Below the pieces are notes generated by a model. The model was not told the DNA's origin. It made no database searches and saw only the letters and a program-made list of their open reading frames with translations. Of a stretch of 64,000 bases of DNA, positions 11,151 to 19,888 are shown in pieces (position 1 is the stretch's first letter; every line of letters begins with the position of its first letter). Source of the DNA: Candidatus Latescibacterota bacterium (GTDB taxonomy: Bacteria; Latescibacterota; UBA2968; GCA-2709665); the NCBI GenBank assembly GCA_963667175.2, contig CAXXXF010000004.1, positions 256,001-320,000 of the forward strand. The letters run 5' to 3'. Both the position numbers and the translations under genes were made by a program.

Positions 11151-11846
11151 ATGAGAATTGAGCCCGAAATCTCCGGAGTTTCGCTCGTTATGCTTGGCCA
11201 TTTCAATCCTGTGATATTTACACCCGCCTGGTTCGGATGGCATCAGCTTCTACCTAAGAGGGTAATCGAAGTTGCAGATACGAACATTGCGCATCCCCAA
11301 ATTTCGAGCTTTAACGCCGATTGGCTCAACATTCAAGTCGTTCCCGAACGTATGCAAATGGATACAACCCAGCCGCCCTACGTTCGGATTCGAGACCTGG
11401 CTGTCCGAATATTTCTCGAACACCTTCACCATACACCGCTAACCTCTGTCGGTATTAACCGTGACGTCCACTTTTGCGTGCAGGACCATAAACAGAGAGA
11501 CCGACTCGGAAAATTATTGGCGCCCGCAGAGCCTTGGGGTGATTGGGCAGCAAAACTTGGCCTGGATGGAAACCGCGGTGGAATGGTATCCCTTACGATG
11601 AGACAGGTAGACCCTTGTAACAGACCGGTTGGCGGGCAAATTAACGTTAAGGTGGAGCCATCCAATAGGGTCGCGCAAGAGCTTCCCGGGGTATACGTTG
11701 GGGTCAATGACCACTACGTTGTAGGAAATGTGGAACCACAGACGCAAACCAGCGAAGTCGTTGAGTTGATCGAGGAGAAATTCGACGATTCATTGCGCCG
11801 TGCCGACGAAATTATCGATCACATAATGTCCTTGACAGCCCGTTGA
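11151..11846 (+). CDS. Uncharacterised protein with GxFNPxIFxPxWF motif (cassette gene 1)
   Basis: 231-aa ORF, CAGGAG RBS, motifs GHFNPVIFTPAWF, HTPLTSVGIN, VNDH; its stop codon lies inside a MITE TIR. Confidence 0.8.
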   Translation: MRIEPEISGVSLVMLGHFNPVIFTPAWFGWHQLLPKRVIEVADTNIAHPQISSFNADWLNIQVVPERMQMDTTQPPYVRIRDLAVRIFLEHLHHTPLTSVGINRDVHFCVQDHKQRDRLGKLLAPAEPWGDWAAKLGLDGNRGGMVSLTMRQVDPCNRPVGGQINVKVEPSNRVAQELPGVYVGVNDHYVVGNVEPQTQTSEVVELIEEKFDDSLRRADEIIDHIMSLTAR

Positions 11847-12206
11847 TAGAGTCCATCCGGGCTGCCTGCCTGTGCGTTCGTACGCAGACAGGCGTCCGGC
11901 CCTTGTGGCCGAAATACTGCGTTGCCTGCCTGCAGCAGGCAGGCGCTCCCTCCCCGAATCCAGGGAATCGCGTCGGTCGCATGCTTTGTCTTCGGCCACA
12001 ATGACAAGTGTTCCGTCCCGGAAATAGATTGCCGAAATTCGACCGCCGAGTCGCCCGGCTGGCAAGACGCCTGAGCGAGGCGACCTGCCCAGGGTCACCA
12101 AGCGAAGGCAACGCCGCCAGACGGGATGAATCGGCGGATGGATGGTGACATATTTCCGGGAAGGGACACCATACCTCGCCTGCAGAGCGACTTTTTCAAC
12201 GGACTG
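11836..12206. mobile_element. MITE copy 3 (371 bp, inverted) containing a second nested MITE at 12008-12169
   Basis: CAGCCCGTTGATAGAGTC ... GACTTTTTCAACGGACTG; inner IRs GTGTTCCGTCCCGGAAATA / TATTTCCGGGAAGGGACAC. Confidence 0.85.
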
Positions 12207-12223
12207 TTAACGGAGGAACAATA

Positions 12224-12835
12224 ATGCCAGATTCAGCAGCCGCACCTGAAAGCAATAGCTTACATAGTACATCCAGCCTCAACGATAATTCGAGCGATGC
12301 CAGTGCGCCTAACCAATTGCTTCGGGAAAGATATGCGGATCGGATTACGGCGACATTACAACAGCCTCGCATCCCTCCAACGCACGACACTGATGTCGCG
12401 GACACTACGATTGAGGATCAAGTGACGTCGGCCCGAATCGGATCCGATTTAGGCAAAGTAATAGATTTTCCTGATTTAGCCGGGGTTTCAAGAACCGCGC
12501 CCAGCAGCAGTTTCCATTTGCTTCAGGAATGGGAAGGCTACGTAATCTTGAAGGGAAAGGAAGACTTCACGGTACGGCTATTGGATCTAACCACAGGTTC
12601 CACGTATGAAGAGGAAGAAGCTGTTATACCATTTTCCGAGATCACGGACGACGAACGCAAGCGCATGGGTCCTGGTAGCATTTTTCGCTGGGTCATTGGC
12701 TACGAGCGATCCGCCAGTGGGACCAAACAGCGCGTATCCCGGATCGTCTTTCGCGATCTTCCTGTGCTTACGAAACAAGAAATAATGGAGGCCGACCAAC
12801 GGGCTAAGAGGACGTCTCGGTTATGGGCAGATTGA
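12224..12835 (+). CDS. Uncharacterised protein, low-complexity N-terminus + LQEWEGYV...FRWVIGYE domain (cassette gene 2)
   Basis: GGAGGA RBS, 203 aa, overlaps the start of the MBL gene. Confidence 0.8.
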   Translation: MPDSAAAPESNSLHSTSSLNDNSSDASAPNQLLRERYADRITATLQQPRIPPTHDTDVADTTIEDQVTSARIGSDLGKVIDFPDLAGVSRTAPSSSFHLLQEWEGYVILKGKEDFTVRLLDLTTGSTYEEEEAVIPFSEITDDERKRMGPGSIFRWVIGYERSASGTKQRVSRIVFRDLPVLTKQEIMEADQRAKRTSRLWAD

Positions 12836-13009
12836 CAGCAGTTGGCGAACCACCAGAACAGGACGTCCTGGAAGTAACCCTATTGGGACCTGGCTATGGA
12901 GAATGCATTTTACTTCACATAGGTAACGGGAGTTGGGTAATTGTCGATTCCTGCATTGATGTGGATTCGCGCCCGGCAGCGTTGGCATATTTTCAAGACC
13001 TCGGTCTAA

Positions 13010-14562
13010 CCTTGATTCCGCAAAAATCAGGCGGCTTTCTGTAGCGCGTTGCAGATTTTCCGGTATTGTTTTTCGGTGTGTTTGTTGCGTTGTAGTCTCA
13101 GGGTGAGTCGTCCTTTTGGTCGGACGAGGTATCCGGCTTTGTTGATGAGTTCGAACCGGAGTGTGCGTATGGATTTGAGGGCCCATCGGTTGGTACTTTT
13201 CAAGGTGCGATTGCGTTGTGTCAGTCCGGTTTCGATTTGGAAGTTGGCCAGGAGGTTATGAGCGAGAATGACGAACTGTTGCCAAGCGCTATTGGCGTGG
13301 TAATCGTTAGTGGGAATGGTATCGAAGCTGAGTCCGGTCTTGAGTTCGCCGATGGCTTTCTCGTGTGCGCCTCGGCCTGCCATGAAGCGCCACAGCGCGC
13401 GCAACTTGAGGGGTAGGTTGGTGGCCACCGCGGAGTATTCGAAGGTGCCGTCATTGGGATCGAACAGGTCCAACTGGTAGTTCTTGCGAGTTTTATGCAT
13501 CACGCGTTTTCGAAAGATCGCTATGTTGAACGTGCGTTTCCATTTCTTGATCGTCAGCGTTGACGTGAAGCCGTCGACGCCTTTCTCGATCCTTTGCCAG
13601 TGGGTGCGTTGTTGGATTTGCTGCCGCAAGTCCAGGCCTTTCCAGAAGGGCACTTTGATGGCGTATGAGGCCTTGTTCTTGATGAGCGTTTTAAGCACGT
13701 CTTCCTTGAAATAGTCGCCATCCATACGGAATCGGAGGGTGTAGGCATCCCCCAAGCTTTCTTCGACCTGGGTAAACACGTCCTTTAGAAACGGGATGGA
13801 GGCGCTGCCGTCATTGACGTTGCCTGGACGGTTGTGCACGCCCAGAAAATGACCACTGTCGGCCAGGTAGGCGGTAATCGGATAGTAACTGGGCACTTTA
13901 CGATGGTGCGGATTATAGCCACGACGGGCACCGTCGACGTGCTTTCCCGTGCACAAGACCGTGCCGTCGACGTCGATGGTTAACGTGCGGGCGCGTAGCG
14001 ATGGGAGCGCATCGGCTACAACGTCGGCGTTGAGGCGTTTCAGGGCTTCCACGCCACGCCCCGTAAAGCGCTTCAAAAAGCGGCTGACACTGTCGTCGGA
14101 GGGCAGGTCACACAGTCCACAAAACCGCTGTATCAGGGGGTCCCCTTTTAGGAAATTCAGATGTCGCAGCCGTCGCCCACCAACCACTAACAAGCCCAAG
14201 ATCACGCGAGAAAGACTCACTACACCAAAATCACCGCCACACACCACACCACGGAGTGAGCCACGCAATTGACGGTTCCATTCAATCTTTCGCAAAAAAC
14301 GCATGAACGGTTCCAATCCCGCATACGACGTGAGGCCTTCACCGGTGAATTCCATCTCCAATTTGTCGTTGACACGACACCGTAAATCCGCTTTCTTTCG
14401 TCTCACAGCAGGTGGCCTTTCGTTTTGAGTTAAATGGGGGTATTGTCGCTTCCCAATATACCAAAATGAAAGGCCTTTTCCTATTGAAAATTATACACTT
14501 ATTCACAATTTGACGCCAACTTCATTGTAACGGAACTCAACCGCTTTTTTGCGGAATCAAGG
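13010..14562 (-). mobile_element. IS1380-family insertion sequence, 1553 bp
   Basis: 17-bp perfect TIR CCTTGATTCCGCAAAAA; 4-bp target duplication CTAA (13006-13009, 14563-14566). Confidence 0.93.
13027..14406 (-). CDS. IS1380-family DDE transposase
   Basis: LTSYAGL, TIDVDGT, RPGN, FRMDGDY, RGAHEKAIGELK. Confidence 0.93.
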   Translation of the reverse strand: MRRKKADLRCRVNDKLEMEFTGEGLTSYAGLEPFMRFLRKIEWNRQLRGSLRGVVCGGDFGVVSLSRVILGLLVVGGRRLRHLNFLKGDPLIQRFCGLCDLPSDDSVSRFLKRFTGRGVEALKRLNADVVADALPSLRARTLTIDVDGTVLCTGKHVDGARRGYNPHHRKVPSYYPITAYLADSGHFLGVHNRPGNVNDGSASIPFLKDVFTQVEESLGDAYTLRFRMDGDYFKEDVLKTLIKNKASYAIKVPFWKGLDLRQQIQQRTHWQRIEKGVDGFTSTLTIKKWKRTFNIAIFRKRVMHKTRKNYQLDLFDPNDGTFEYSAVATNLPLKLRALWRFMAGRGAHEKAIGELKTGLSFDTIPTNDYHANSAWQQFVILAHNLLANFQIETGLTQRNRTLKSTNRWALKSIRTLRFELINKAGYLVRPKGRLTLRLQRNKHTEKQYRKICNALQKAA

Positions 14563-15507
14563 CTAAACCCTGCTGATGTCGTTCGCCTTATTGTCGCGTC
14601 TCATTGGCATGACGACCACATACGAGGAATTGGAGAATTGGTCGATGTCTGCGCCAATGCGCATTTCTGCTGCGCATCTGCCCTTCGAGCAGAGGAATTT
14701 CTTGCCATGATGGACTCTGTAGCAAGCCGTCCGATGTCTAATGTAAGTTCTGGAATGCAGGAACTCTATACGGTCCGATCTCTTCTCGAAAAGAGATCCG
14801 TCAAACCCCTTTTCGCAATAGCAAATCGTAGAATCTTCAGGTGTGACAATTGCGAATTATGGTCCCTCTCGCCATTTGATAAGCATGTCGATGTCTTTTT
14901 GCGCCAAATTGACCGAATCCGACCTCAAGAAGGGGCGACAAAAAGGCGAATACACAGCTTGACTCCCAACGAAATTTCGGTTGTCCTGTTAGTCAAAATC
15001 GACAATACGGCGATTCTCCTGGGTTCCGATCTTGAAAGGCCGGGCTGGTTGGAAATACTCGCCTCAAATGAAAGACCGAATTGCAAAGCGTCGGTATTCA
15101 AGATTCCGCACCATGGTTCCCGAAACGCCCACGAGGATCGAGTTTGGACTGAGATGCTACACGACAATCCGATAGCAACTCTCACTCCATGGAAGAAAGG
15201 TGGACGAAGTTTGCCAGATGAAACGGATGTAACACGAATTCTATCTTTCACCCGAAAGGCTTACGCTACCTCAGCGTTACGAGTTTCCAATCGCAAACCC
15301 GCACGCAGACGAGCTAAGACGGTCGAAAAGTCCATTAGAGAAGTTAGCAAAAGGATCGGCGCCATAGCCCGCTCTTCCGGAATGATCCGGCTCCGCAGGG
15401 AGTTCGCGTCAAAACTCGACTGGGATATTACGATTGTTGCGCCAGCTCGCCAATTGATGTAATTAGCGGTGGTTCAAATTCAGAATTGGCAACACTACGC
15501 TTTTAGA

Positions 15508-15815
15508 ATAGGGTAAGCCGGTCCGTCGGCACAGGATGTTTCTACCGTTGGCTGCGCGCGTTGCCTGCTTCCCCAACGACGGCGGCCTTCCCCGATCGAT
15601 AGACGGACGGCGCCCGTATTATCTTTTTCTAGGCCTGCTCAGCGTTCACTGCGCGTTTCGGCCTGCATACTCGCCAAGTCGCCTTGCGGCCCTCGACACC
15701 GGAGGCTTGGGAGAGGTCGTTACCCTCATTCCCCGCACCGATTGCTACCGACCGAAGCAACAATTGTCGGGTGGGTCTCTCACCCACTGGAGTTCCGCGC
15801 CTTTTCATGGCGCAC
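15508..15815 (-). ncRNA. Group II intron remnant (5' domain I segment plus a possible 3' terminus; no RT ORF)
   Basis: Minus strand starts GTGCGCCATGAAAAGGCGCG...CCAGTGGGTGAGAGACCCACCCG...GGTAAC...GTGAACGCTGAGCAGGCC...GGGGAAGGC and ends ...GGCTTACCCTAT. Confidence 0.7.
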
Positions 15816-15866
15816 TGTCGATTTAAGGCTAAGTTGGGAAGAATCACTGATCTGCAGAAACAGACC

Positions 15867-17192
15867 ATGAGCAACGTCATTGAAAAAATCGATGCGTTGA
15901 AAGCGGAGTTGGACGCATTGCGGCCGCTGCCACCCGATGTTGTGGGGCGAATTGAGCAAAAGCTCCGAATTGAGTCGAACTATCACTCCAATGCCATCGA
16001 AGGCAACAGCCTGACCCTCGGAGAAACGAGAAGCCTGATTCTGCACGGCCTCACTTCTCATGGGAAGTCCATGCGCGACCATCTGGATATCGAGGGGCAC
16101 GACGAAGCGGTAAAGGCGATTGCGGATGCAGTCGAACGAAACGAATCTCTCAATGAAGTCTTCATCAGAAATCTTCACGGCGTACTGCTGAAGCAGCCGT
16201 ATGAGATTGACGCAATCAAGCCGGATGGGGAACCGACGAAGCGACTCATTTCCATCGGTAAATACAAGACACTTTCCAATAACGTGAGAACGACTACGGG
16301 TGAAATCTACTATTTCACGCCCCCCGACCAGGTAAAGCCGGCAATGAGCGACCTCATCGACTGGTATCGGCGAGCCGAGAAAGAGGGAGAGCATCCGATT
16401 GTCATCGCGGCGACGTTTCACTATCGTTTCGTCAGGATTCATCCGTTTGACGATGGGAACGGGCGCATGGCTCGGCTTCTGATGAACATGATCCTGATTA
16501 AACACGGCTATACTGTGGCAGTTGTACCCATACAACAAAGAAGCCGATACATCAGCACGCTGGAACAGGCCGACAATTCAGAAGACCTGTCCGAGTTTAT
16601 TGAGTGTATCGCGGAAAATTGCGAAAATACCCTGAATCTCCATCTGCGCGCCGCCCGTGGCGAGGACATCGAAGACGTCGAGGACATCGATAAAGAGATC
16701 GCGCTCTTTAAACGATCGATTCAAACTGGCGGAGGTGAGTTGTTTCAGGCCAGAGCGTACGCTGGGAACGTGCTGTATCCGCTTTTTTCCTATTGCAAAG
16801 AAAAATGTGAGCAATTTTCCGGCATGTTCGAAAGTGTCAATGCAGATAATGGTGAATGTTCTGTGAGAAATGCGGATGACAACGTCTCAAGTCTTGATCT
16901 GACTAAGGATCAAGTTAAAGCTTGGCCGGAATACGCCGTGTACGTTTCTACATCTTTGCTGATTTCCCTCAATCAATTTCAGGCCAAACAAGATGCCGAT
17001 TTTTTAATCCAAATTGAGAATGAAGTTGGATCGCATGGCTCCGTCTGGCGGTTTATGTCAATGGGACTTGACTACGAAAGAGAATATGCGGGTCAGGACC
17101 TGGAGGTACTCAAGAGGATGTTTAACGATATTATCAGGCAACTCATGGTAAGCCTCTCAGAGATTTCGGACGATCGGAAGGATGAGGAATAA
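15867..17192 (+). CDS. Fic family protein (class II, N-terminal inhibitory motif)
   Basis: HPFDDGNGRMAR, SNAIEGN. Confidence 0.93.
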   Translation: MSNVIEKIDALKAELDALRPLPPDVVGRIEQKLRIESNYHSNAIEGNSLTLGETRSLILHGLTSHGKSMRDHLDIEGHDEAVKAIADAVERNESLNEVFIRNLHGVLLKQPYEIDAIKPDGEPTKRLISIGKYKTLSNNVRTTTGEIYYFTPPDQVKPAMSDLIDWYRRAEKEGEHPIVIAATFHYRFVRIHPFDDGNGRMARLLMNMILIKHGYTVAVVPIQQRSRYISTLEQADNSEDLSEFIECIAENCENTLNLHLRAARGEDIEDVEDIDKEIALFKRSIQTGGGELFQARAYAGNVLYPLFSYCKEKCEQFSGMFESVNADNGECSVRNADDNVSSLDLTKDQVKAWPEYAVYVSTSLLISLNQFQAKQDADFLIQIENEVGSHGSVWRFMSMGLDYEREYAGQDLEVLKRMFNDIIRQLMVSLSEISDDRKDEE

Positions 17193-17238
17193 CGAGGCGA
17201 ACGGACGATATGGCGCGAATTCCGGACGTAGGCAAACC

Positions 17239-18408
17239 ATGAGAAAATACCAGAAGACCCATCCCTGGATCACGTTTCAAGTCGATCTTCGTGATGTGCC
17301 GTATTCGCTTTGGATGAAACTGGGCGAATGCGCTTCCAAGATCGAGCACGTCTCCAGGGCGCCGCTCGTTCATGAATCGGCGGAGGACCTCTATAAGGTT
17401 TATCTGGCCAAGGGCGTCCATGCCACGACCGCCATTGAAGGAAATACCCTGTCCGAAGAGGATGTGTTGCGGCATATAGAGGGAAAACTGGAACTGCCCC
17501 CCTCGCGGGAGTATCTGGTCCAGGAGATTGACAACATTATTAAGGCGATCAACGCTACAATCAAGGGAATGCGCGAGGGGTCGGTCCAGCCTCTGGATTT
17601 CGAATGGATCAAAGAGGTGAATAGAGCCGTTCTCGACAAACTCGACCAACAGGAAGGTTCCATTCCGGGCACGATTCGAACCCACTCCGTGGGCGTGGGC
17701 AGGCGATATCGAGGCGCGCCCGCGGAGGATTGCGAACACCTGCTGGAGAAACTATGCAACTGGCTACGAGATGAATTCAAGGTACCGGCAGGCGAGGAGA
17801 TTACGTTTGCAATCATCAAGGCGGTAATGGCCCATCTTTATGTGGCATGGATCCATCCGTTTGGAGACGGCAACGGCCGCACGGCGAGGTTGCTGGAATT
17901 CGCAATCCTGTTGCGGTCGGGCATACCGGTACCCGCCTGTCACCTATTGAGCAGCCATTATAGCGCCACGCGTGTCGAATACGCGCGCCAACTCGCGCGG
18001 ACCAGCCAATCCGGTGGAAAGGTCGTACCCTTTCTCGCCTATGCCGTACAGGGATTCCTCGACGGGCTTCACGGTCAACTGGAGATGATCTGGAAGCAGC
18101 ATCTGGATATCGTTTGGCAGCACCACATATATCAGCATTTTCCAAGGCAGGATACTGTCGCTGGAAAAAGGCGCCGCGCCCTGCTTCTGGATCTATCGGC
18201 CGGCGATCAAGCAGTAGATCCATTGTCATTAATGATGACAGGTGACCGCTTAGGCGAGTCCTACAGGGAAAAACCATGGATCATCATGAAGGATCTACAA
18301 TGGCTCACGGAGAAGAATTGGATTACAAAGGAAGGGAACAGCTACTGCGCCAATAAGGAAACAATGCTGAAACGCCGGCCGTTTCGTGTGCCTTCAAGTG
18401 GGAGTTAA
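17239..18408 (+). CDS. Fic family protein with C-terminal wHTH-like tail (alternative start 17182)
   Basis: HPFGDGNGRTAR, TTAIEGN. Confidence 0.92.
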   Translation: MRKYQKTHPWITFQVDLRDVPYSLWMKLGECASKIEHVSRAPLVHESAEDLYKVYLAKGVHATTAIEGNTLSEEDVLRHIEGKLELPPSREYLVQEIDNIIKAINATIKGMREGSVQPLDFEWIKEVNRAVLDKLDQQEGSIPGTIRTHSVGVGRRYRGAPAEDCEHLLEKLCNWLRDEFKVPAGEEITFAIIKAVMAHLYVAWIHPFGDGNGRTARLLEFAILLRSGIPVPACHLLSSHYSATRVEYARQLARTSQSGGKVVPFLAYAVQGFLDGLHGQLEMIWKQHLDIVWQHHIYQHFPRQDTVAGKRRRALLLDLSAGDQAVDPLSLMMTGDRLGESYREKPWIIMKDLQWLTEKNWITKEGNSYCANKETMLKRRPFRVPSSGS

Positions 18409-18417
18409 CTGGAATTG

Positions 18418-18732
18418 ATGAGCGCAAGAATCGACGTTCCAAAGAAAAAGATCGCCACCTTCTGCCGGCGAAACGGTATCCGTCGCATGGCCCTGTTCGG
18501 CTCGGTACTGCGCGACGACTTCACGCCCGAGAGCGACGTGGATGTACTCGTGGAGTTCGAGCCAGGCAAGACGCCGGGACTGGCGTTCTTCACCATGCAG
18601 GACGAGTTGTCGGAAATATATGGGAGAAGAGTGGATCTCCACACCTTCCGGGGCGTCGAAAGCAACCCCAATTGGCTGCTTCGGAAGGAAATACTCGGCT
18701 CGGCGGAGGCGGTCTATGACCAGGCGGGATGA
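18418..18732 (+). CDS. Minimal nucleotidyltransferase (MntA-type antitoxin)
   Basis: LFGSVLRDDFTPESDVDVLVEF, GRRVDL. Confidence 0.92.
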   Translation: MSARIDVPKKKIATFCRRNGIRRMALFGSVLRDDFTPESDVDVLVEFEPGKTPGLAFFTMQDELSEIYGRRVDLHTFRGVESNPNWLLRKEILGSAEAVYDQAG

Positions 18733-18778
18733 CCTGCCGCGGCTGATAGAGCAACTGGAATCCATCGTCAAAGAATAG
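18716..18778 (+). pseudogene. Internally deleted DUF86/HepT toxin remnant (20 aa)
   Basis: MTRRDD-LPRLIEQLESIVKE overlaps the MNT stop and resembles fused N- and C-termini of DUF86 proteins. Confidence 0.6.
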
Positions 18779-18905
18779 GTGTACCAACACAGCGCGGTCA
18801 GATGGTTGGATGTGCCCGTTGCTCCGGGTTCTTCGACCATCTGGCCGCGTTTGGTACATAGGGATATTCAAGGGCGTCCTGCGGGATCTCCCAGTCACCC
18901 CCATA

Positions 18906-19652
18906 TCAGACGGTAGCGGCGGTCCGCATTGCGGCGGCGGCCAGGAGGTAGAGAACCCAGAGACCGAAAATCCCAATCACGGCAAGCTTTGTCCGAATAC
19001 CCGCAACAGCTCCAAGGCCGACGGAAACCAAAAGATACTTCCAGACGGCGAAGACGGTGACCATGGACAGGAAGTGATGCATGTAACTTCCTTCCATGGA
19101 TTTCGGCGCCAGCAGTCCCAGGCCGAGTTGGACCGTTGGCGCATCCCAAACCATACCGAGCAGCAACGCAACAACGGCGGCGGGTACCGCCACGAGCGAA
19201 CTGTAGCTCACAACGGCCAGCGTCTTTTTGTACGTACCGTCGCCGCCGAATACGAAATTGGCGAGCGCCAGAAAAATCGCCGCCTGGACAAAGATTGTGA
19301 TGGCGGTACCAATGGGCGGGAGGACAACAGCGCTAAGACCCATCATCCGTTGCGCGCTTTCCAGGGCCATCGTCCGCTGTTCCTCTGTAAGGGATTCGAG
19401 GGATTCGTCTTTCGCGAATTGCTCCTGCATCGCCTGCATCCCGGCTGTCTGAGCGGCGGGCATGAGCAGATACGCGGAGAACATTCCGATGATTGCGATG
19501 ACGATCATGGGGAGATACCAGTCCCTGTTTTCGGTATGCGCATTGACGGAAGCGAACGTCCGCCCCGGCGAAAGCAGAGCGCCGACCATGCGCCCGCCAA
19601 TCCCGATCTCCTCCGCGCTATCGACGTCCCGGACGTCCGTGGGTTCGTCCAT
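18906..19652 (-). CDS. YIP1-family membrane protein
   Basis: LLSPGRTF..., GGDGTYKKTLAVVSYS, five TM segments; GGAGGAG RBS. Confidence 0.85.
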   Translation of the reverse strand: MDEPTDVRDVDSAEEIGIGGRMVGALLSPGRTFASVNAHTENRDWYLPMIVIAIIGMFSAYLLMPAAQTAGMQAMQEQFAKDESLESLTEEQRTMALESAQRMMGLSAVVLPPIGTAITIFVQAAIFLALANFVFGGDGTYKKTLAVVSYSSLVAVPAAVVALLLGMVWDAPTVQLGLGLLAPKSMEGSYMHHFLSMVTVFAVWKYLLVSVGLGAVAGIRTKLAVIGIFGLWVLYLLAAAAMRTAATV

Positions 19653-19888
19653 TTTACTCTCCTCCGTATGAATGGCTCGTGAATTCCGGCTGATCCCGGC
19701 GACTCGAATGGTGCACGCCTCGCGTAATATAACCTCTCTCGCAGAGAATTCAACCGGGATAACGCGACGCGTCACACGTCCACCCGGATGTTTAGCAGTT
19801 GCGGAACACAGGAAATATCAACAAAATTAGACTCGAGGGGGTGTCCTGGAGTTCGACCCGGTGACGTGGTCTGAAAGGAGTGGACCGA

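Larger units (their letters stand above)
12823..15462 (+). pseudogene. ComEC/Rec2-type metallo-beta-lactamase-fold hydrolase/nuclease interrupted by IS1380 (cassette gene 3; 360 aa when rejoined)
   Basis: 12823-13009 + 14567-15462 join in frame: GPGYGECILLH...VDSC...DLGL|NPADVVRLIVASHWHDDH...GSDLE...KIPHHGS. Confidence 0.9.

Noticed and set aside
15684-15866. 61-aa N-terminal extension of the Fic ORF
   Set aside because: It runs through the intron relic; the paralog at 10730 shows the real start is ATG 15867.
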